DNA from: Candidatus Helarchaeota archaeon
GTDB lineage: Archaea > Asgardarchaeota > Lokiarchaeia > Helarchaeales > RDOG01
Length of the DNA stretch: 30,024 bases
Reading direction: 5' to 3'
NCBI GenBank assembly: GCA_029838215.1
Contig: JALGVI010000038.1
Location: 1-30,024, forward strand
In this document: in pieces, positions 26,138 through 30,024 of the stretch
Layout of the letters: each line of letters starts with the position of its first letter
Numbering within the stretch: the first letter of the stretch is position 1
The notes under the pieces: generated by a model
The model's database searches: none
Seen by the model: only the letters and a program-made list of their open reading frames with translations
Told to the model about the DNA's origin: nothing
Program-made: the position numbers and the translations under genes

Positions 26138-26956
26138 ATGGCAGATATGAAATTGTTTTTAGGATGCGTTATTCCAAATCGTTTACCATTTTTAGAAGCA
26201 TCTTCACGAAAAGCCTTCGAAAAACTGGGAATCGAAACAAGCGATGCACCGTTTAGCTGTTGTCCCGATCCTGTCGGTTTCCAAACTGTTAGTCAGGATG
26301 CATGGCTTGCAATGGGTGCTCGAAATCTTGCACTTGCGGAAAGTGAAGGCAAGGACATTGTTTCTCTCTGTAACGGATGCACGCAGACATTAGTTGCGGT
26401 TAATCATGAACTGAAACATGACGAAGACAAAAAGGCGGAAGTCAATGAAGTTCTAAAAAAGGTGAATAAGAGCTATAATGGCGGTGTAAAAGTAAAACAC
26501 TTCGTAGAAGCACTTGCAGAACTCGGAGTCGATAAGATCAAGAATGCTGTTACCAAACAATTGAGCAATCTTAAAGTTGCTTGCCATCCAGGATGCCACT
26601 TCTTCCGTCCATCTAAAATCATGAACGGAAATACACAGGCAATCAAGGATATCGTAGCAGCTACGGGTGCAACAGTAATCGATTATTCTGAAGAAGAATT
26701 ATGCTGCGGAAATGGTGCAACAAATACCGTTAAGGAAACAGGAGATGCAATCGCAAAGAAGAAAATTGACAGTGCAAAAGCAGCAGGTGCTAACGTCTTA
26801 TGCGTTGTTTGCCCGGCTTGTTTTCAACAACTCGATACTAAAAGAGAAATACCTATCGTCTATCTAACGGAGCTTTTGGCTTTGGCAATGGGTGAAACAT
26901 TCGATTCTTTGAACATGAAGTTTCATGCAGAAAAAAGCCTTAAAAACATCCTCTAA
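26138..26956 (+). CDS. hdrB: Second heterodisulfide reductase subunit B-like protein
   Basis: LFLGCVIPNR, SCCPDP, LCNGC, HPGCH, CCGNG, VCPACFQQLD. ATG 26138 follows a GGTGA SD; GTG 26129 is the alternative start. Confidence 0.88.
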   Translation: MADMKLFLGCVIPNRLPFLEASSRKAFEKLGIETSDAPFSCCPDPVGFQTVSQDAWLAMGARNLALAESEGKDIVSLCNGCTQTLVAVNHELKHDEDKKAEVNEVLKKVNKSYNGGVKVKHFVEALAELGVDKIKNAVTKQLSNLKVACHPGCHFFRPSKIMNGNTQAIKDIVAATGATVIDYSEEELCCGNGATNTVKETGDAIAKKKIDSAKAAGANVLCVVCPACFQQLDTKREIPIVYLTELLALAMGETFDSLNMKFHAEKSLKNIL

Positions 26957-26980
26957 TTTTATTTTTTCTCTTTTCTTTTT
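26957..26980 (+). terminator. Oligo-T terminator
   Basis: T-runs immediately after the hdrB2 stop. Confidence 0.5.
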
Positions 26981-27172
26981 ACCATCAATAAGTATTTTTA
27001 GTGGATTTTTACCGATTTTTCGAAATTATCAGCTCATAAAAGCACGTATTCTCAACAAAAATTTAAAAATTTCAATCAATTTGTTTCTTGAGAATTAAAA
27101 AAAAATCCGATGATCGGTCGCATGGAAGATAAAATCTTCATCAGAACGATTTATTGACGAGTTGAATATTGG

Positions 27173-27901
27173 ATGAAAATATTAAGACTTAATTCGCCGA
27201 ATAATCTCAAAATCACGAGCTTTTCGCTAAGAAATATTATCATTTGGACTTGCCTAGAGTTTTTGTCGATTTGGTTAATAACCACGGGAACTCTAAGCAT
27301 TATTTTATATATTCAAGCCAGTTCATATCTCATTCCGATCTTTTTCGTAAATATCCTGTTTTTCTTGAACATCGTTGGATTAAATCTTCTAAGTTGGGTG
27401 TGTTTTTATTTTGTTTCAGGTCTTCTATGCATTTTCAGTTTATCTCGTCTTGGAAAAATTGATGAAGCAATAATTTCTTCAAATACAATCCAAATAAAAA
27501 AACGGAGATGGTTTTTCAAAAATCAAATCTTGGAAATTGAACCCGACGAACTGAAATCCATTCAAATCATTCAAGACTCGACAAGTGATCACGCTACTCT
27601 TTTCTTGGAATCACGTGAGCACGATGGAGTCACGATTGCAACCACTTATGGTAAAGAGGGAATAAAGGAATTAAACACGTTGGGAAAGGAGATTCATGAA
27701 CTTTTTCCTTCTTCAAAATTAGTTACTTGTAAATATGTTGATCCTGCACCACCTGAAGAAGAAAATCAAAACCCGCCTGCAGAAATCGTTTCAGTCCGAA
27801 CTTGCCCTAAATGCAAGATCAACATTCTGGATAATGCAGGCACGTGTCCGAACTGCGGTTTCATCTTTAAGAAAATCGAAAAGGTCGAAAACAAACAATG
27901 A
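27173..27901 (+). CDS. Membrane protein with soluble beta-rich domain and C-terminal zinc ribbon
   Basis: Hydrophobic stretch at residues ~22-92; Pro/Glu linker; CPKC...CPNCGF; ATGA overlap with the GTPase. Confidence 0.7.
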   Translation: MKILRLNSPNNLKITSFSLRNIIIWTCLEFLSIWLITTGTLSIILYIQASSYLIPIFFVNILFFLNIVGLNLLSWVCFYFVSGLLCIFSLSRLGKIDEAIISSNTIQIKKRRWFFKNQILEIEPDELKSIQIIQDSTSDHATLFLESREHDGVTIATTYGKEGIKELNTLGKEIHELFPSSKLVTCKYVDPAPPEEENQNPPAEIVSVRTCPKCKINILDNAGTCPNCGFIFKKIEKVENKQ

Positions 27902-28423
27902 AAGAATACAAGGTTAAAATACTACTCGCAGGTACAGGAGCATCGGGAAAAACGGCATACTTGAAAAAATTACTAGATAATCAGTTCAAAAAAGAATACG
28001 AAATGACAATGGCAGGCGAAATTAAACTCAAACAAATAAAATACGATGAAGACACGAACATTCAAATCATATTACATGATTTACCGGGCGAGGAACGATT
28101 CCAACCGGCACGACTCGGCACGACTTTCGCTAATTGGAGGAAGTGATGGTGCCTTGGTTTTCTTTGACCTGACTCGATATCCTTCATTCAATCCCGGACT
28201 TCCTAACCGAATAAAAGAAATCTGGTACAACTTAAAAAAACGCATACCAATTGTTGTCGTGGGAACGAAAAAGGACATGGATTTATACCGCTCTATACGA
28301 CCAATCCCAAATGAAGCAAGCAATTTCGAAATCTCTGCTAAAACGGGCGAAAACATCGAAAAACCTCTAAAAGCTCTTCTTGATGAGATCATTTCCCGTA
28401 AAAGAGAAGCAGAAAATGATTAG
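27898..28423 (+). pseudogene. Ras/Rab-like small GTPase split by a frameshift (10-bp tandem duplication)
   Basis: Frame 1 carries KILLAGTGASGKT (G1), T (G2) and DLPGEERF (G3). Frame 2 carries GSDGALVFFDLT, VVGTKKD (G4) and EISAKTG (G5). Removing one copy of CGGCACGACT (28106-28115 / 28116-28125) restores a 171-aa ORF. Confidence 0.88.
28106..28125. repeat. Perfect 10-bp tandem duplication CGGCACGACT x2
   Basis: Read directly from the sequence. Confidence 0.97.
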
Positions 28424-29112
28424 TCTTGTTTGTTTTGTATGTTTTTCTTTCTTTTTCTTGAAAACCAAAATCGCTCCAATATCATCGTGAATGAAAAATA
28501 AAAAATGAGAAAAATAATGACGGAAATGATCAAGACCGGCAAATAAAAAACGTGATAATATAGCCAGTCATTGATAACAAATAAAATACTGCAAATAACA
28601 AGGAGAATCAACTCTATTTTAAACATGTAGGTCTTCGGATATTCCCACATGTAAGCATCTCCGTGCTTATCACGTAAATTTCGAGGTGTTAAAAATCGTA
28701 TTTGTCTTTGAGATTTAGGCCATAACCACTTGATGCCGTCAGGGACACAAATCGTATCGAGAAGAAAATGGCTCAATAAAGCCACGTTCACAGCTATTGA
28801 GAGTTGAAATGGGATGAACATGGGAAAAAAGGATGAAACAACGAGAAAAAATCCTACTGGTGAATATAATAGCGGGTAATGTCCGGGAAATGCATGATGT
28901 TGAGTGCGTTTTTCCCGTGAAATCGTTTTATTAATTCGAAAATATACTTGAAGATAAAAAACATCAAAATCAGGAAACATGCCGAAAATCAGCACGATTA
29001 TGGTGTGAATTACCGTAGGAGGTGTATGAAAAAACAGGCAAACAAGCAGATAAATCAAATAACTCACGCAGACATGTCCGGGAAAAAATCTAATCGTTGC
29101 ATCCCTCATCAA
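28420..29112 (-). CDS. YdjM/DUF457-like membrane-bound metal-dependent hydrolase
   Basis: PGH, FGMFPDFD, HHAFPGHYP, LSHFLLD, GIKWLWP; several transmembrane segments; start uncertain. Confidence 0.75.
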   Translation of the reverse strand: MMRDATIRFFPGHVCVSYLIYLLVCLFFHTPPTVIHTIIVLIFGMFPDFDVFYLQVYFRINKTISREKRTQHHAFPGHYPLLYSPVGFFLVVSSFFPMFIPFQLSIAVNVALLSHFLLDTICVPDGIKWLWPKSQRQIRFLTPRNLRDKHGDAYMWEYPKTYMFKIELILLVICSILFVINDWLYYHVFYLPVLIISVIIFLIFYFSFTMILERFWFSRKRKKNIQNKQD

Positions 29113-29244
29113 TCAAGTATATTTATTATTTACATGAAGAGATCATTCAAGATAAAATTTAAGATTTATTCTTCTATTGTTTTTTCCGTGAGATTATAAA
29201 TTTTTAACCTTTATCGGATTTATTTATTAATCATCGGTGGTATT

Positions 29245-29958
29245 TTGGTAAAATTTAATGTTGGAGAATTAAATCGAAACTCCAAAAAAGTCGATGTTAA
29301 AGTTCGTGTCAATTCCCTTCTATCGGAACGAACTGTTTTTAACAAAAAAAAGCAAATCGAGCAGAAAGTTGCAGAATTTGAGGTTGGAGATCCAACTGGC
29401 ACCGTTATCTTTACTGTTTGGGATGATGACATTCCAAAAATGAAGGAGCTTATTGGTTCCTCAATTGAGATCACGAATGGTTACATGACTATATTCTCAG
29501 GACAGTTGAAAATAAGTACAGGGCTATATGGAAGTTGGAAGCCCATTGATGAAAAAATTGATTCCGTACAAGGAGCACGCGTCAAGGTAAAACCACCAGC
29601 AATGCCAAAAGATGGCATTTTTAAGGTGAATGATTTAGCTACTGATTCACGAAATGTTAACATCACGCTTAAAGTCATTCGAAAAGATGATGCCCGTCAA
29701 GTAAACGTTAAGGGAACGCCGCATTTAGTTGCATCGGTATTAGCTGGAGACGAAACAGGGTGCATCCTTGTTTCATTGTGGGATGATGACATTGCAAAAA
29801 TAAACGTGGGAGATTATATAGAATTAAAAAATGGATACATTTCGGTTTTTCGTGGCGTCATGCAACTCAATAAAGGGCGTTATGGTGGAGAGATTACGAA
29901 AACGGAAGCCGATTTCAGCGTGAATGAAGATAATAATCTTTCTACTAGAGAACTTTAA
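29245..29958 (+). CDS. Single-stranded DNA-binding protein / RPA-like with two tandem OB folds
   Basis: Two repeats: VAEFEVGDPTGTVIFTVWDD..I.I.NGY...F.G.L....G.YG and VASVLAGDETGCILVSLWDD..I.L.NGY...F.G.M.L..G.YG; TTG start after GGTGG SD. Confidence 0.88.
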   Translation: MVKFNVGELNRNSKKVDVKVRVNSLLSERTVFNKKKQIEQKVAEFEVGDPTGTVIFTVWDDDIPKMKELIGSSIEITNGYMTIFSGQLKISTGLYGSWKPIDEKIDSVQGARVKVKPPAMPKDGIFKVNDLATDSRNVNITLKVIRKDDARQVNVKGTPHLVASVLAGDETGCILVSLWDDDIAKINVGDYIELKNGYISVFRGVMQLNKGRYGGEITKTEADFSVNEDNNLSTREL

Positions 29959-29973
29959 TAATTTGACAGATGC

Positions 29974-30024
29974 ATGAACATGGTTGACGCATCAAGGACA
30001 TGGACTTGGGAATTTGAGGATAAA
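29974..30024 (+). CDS. Probable 5' end of a gene truncated by the window edge (MNMVDASRTWTWEFEDK...)
   Basis: Open frame from ATG 29974 (or 29980) to the end of the window, 16 nt after the SSB stop. Confidence 0.35.
   Translation, partial: MNMVDASRTWTWEFEDK

Noticed and set aside
27100-27145. Small palindromes CCGAT-G-ATCGG and GAAGAT-AAA-ATCTTC
   Set aside because: 5-6 bp stems with no second occurrence; insufficient to call operators.
28046-28423. Independent 125-aa gene
   Set aside because: It is the C-terminal half of the frameshifted GTPase; its first ~25 codons are off-frame sequence.
152-29678. Numerous 60-125 aa antisense or alternate-frame ORFs in the track (e.g. 152..460, 3473..3796, 11398..11769, 20128..20502, 22817..23314)
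   Set aside because: They lie within well-supported genes on the other strand or frame, and have no motifs; treated as shadow ORFs.

Overview
AT-rich, gene-dense archaeal chromosomal window. An Asgard-type archaeon is likely (inferred from a Ras/Rab-like small GTPase, a Tes/GDGT-MAS homolog, ArcS/RaSEA homologs and an archaeal DRG GTPase). No rRNA, tRNA, CRISPR array or mobile element was recognised. From left to right it holds: an HdrD/GlpC-like Fe-S protein; a tetraether-synthase-like radical SAM gene followed by a FixC/GGR flavoprotein, a FixX-like ferredoxin and an ACD alpha subunit; a membrane M28 peptidase, a methyltransferase and a GNAT; a purE + miniature ArcS + short RaSEA-like cluster; a DRG GTPase; an orphan lpdA; an unknown two-gene module (possible Cas2-like fold + winged helix); an ~11 kb heterodisulfide-reductase supercluster; a membrane Zn-ribbon protein coupled to a small GTPase broken by an exact 10-bp tandem duplication; a YdjM-like hydrolase; and a two-OB-fold SSB/RPA. 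The Hdr supercluster contains a QmoA/QmoB-architecture pair, a tandem-repeat ferredoxin, hdrCBA-mvhD, an elongated mvhG and a second hdrCB, with no [NiFe] large subunit and no aprAB/qmoC in the window. The best candidates for undescribed biology are the QmoAB-like/Hdr/Mvh electron-bifurcation cluster without an obvious input enzyme and the PUA-less ArcS + RaSEA pair. All family calls come from motif recognition by eye; no searches were run.
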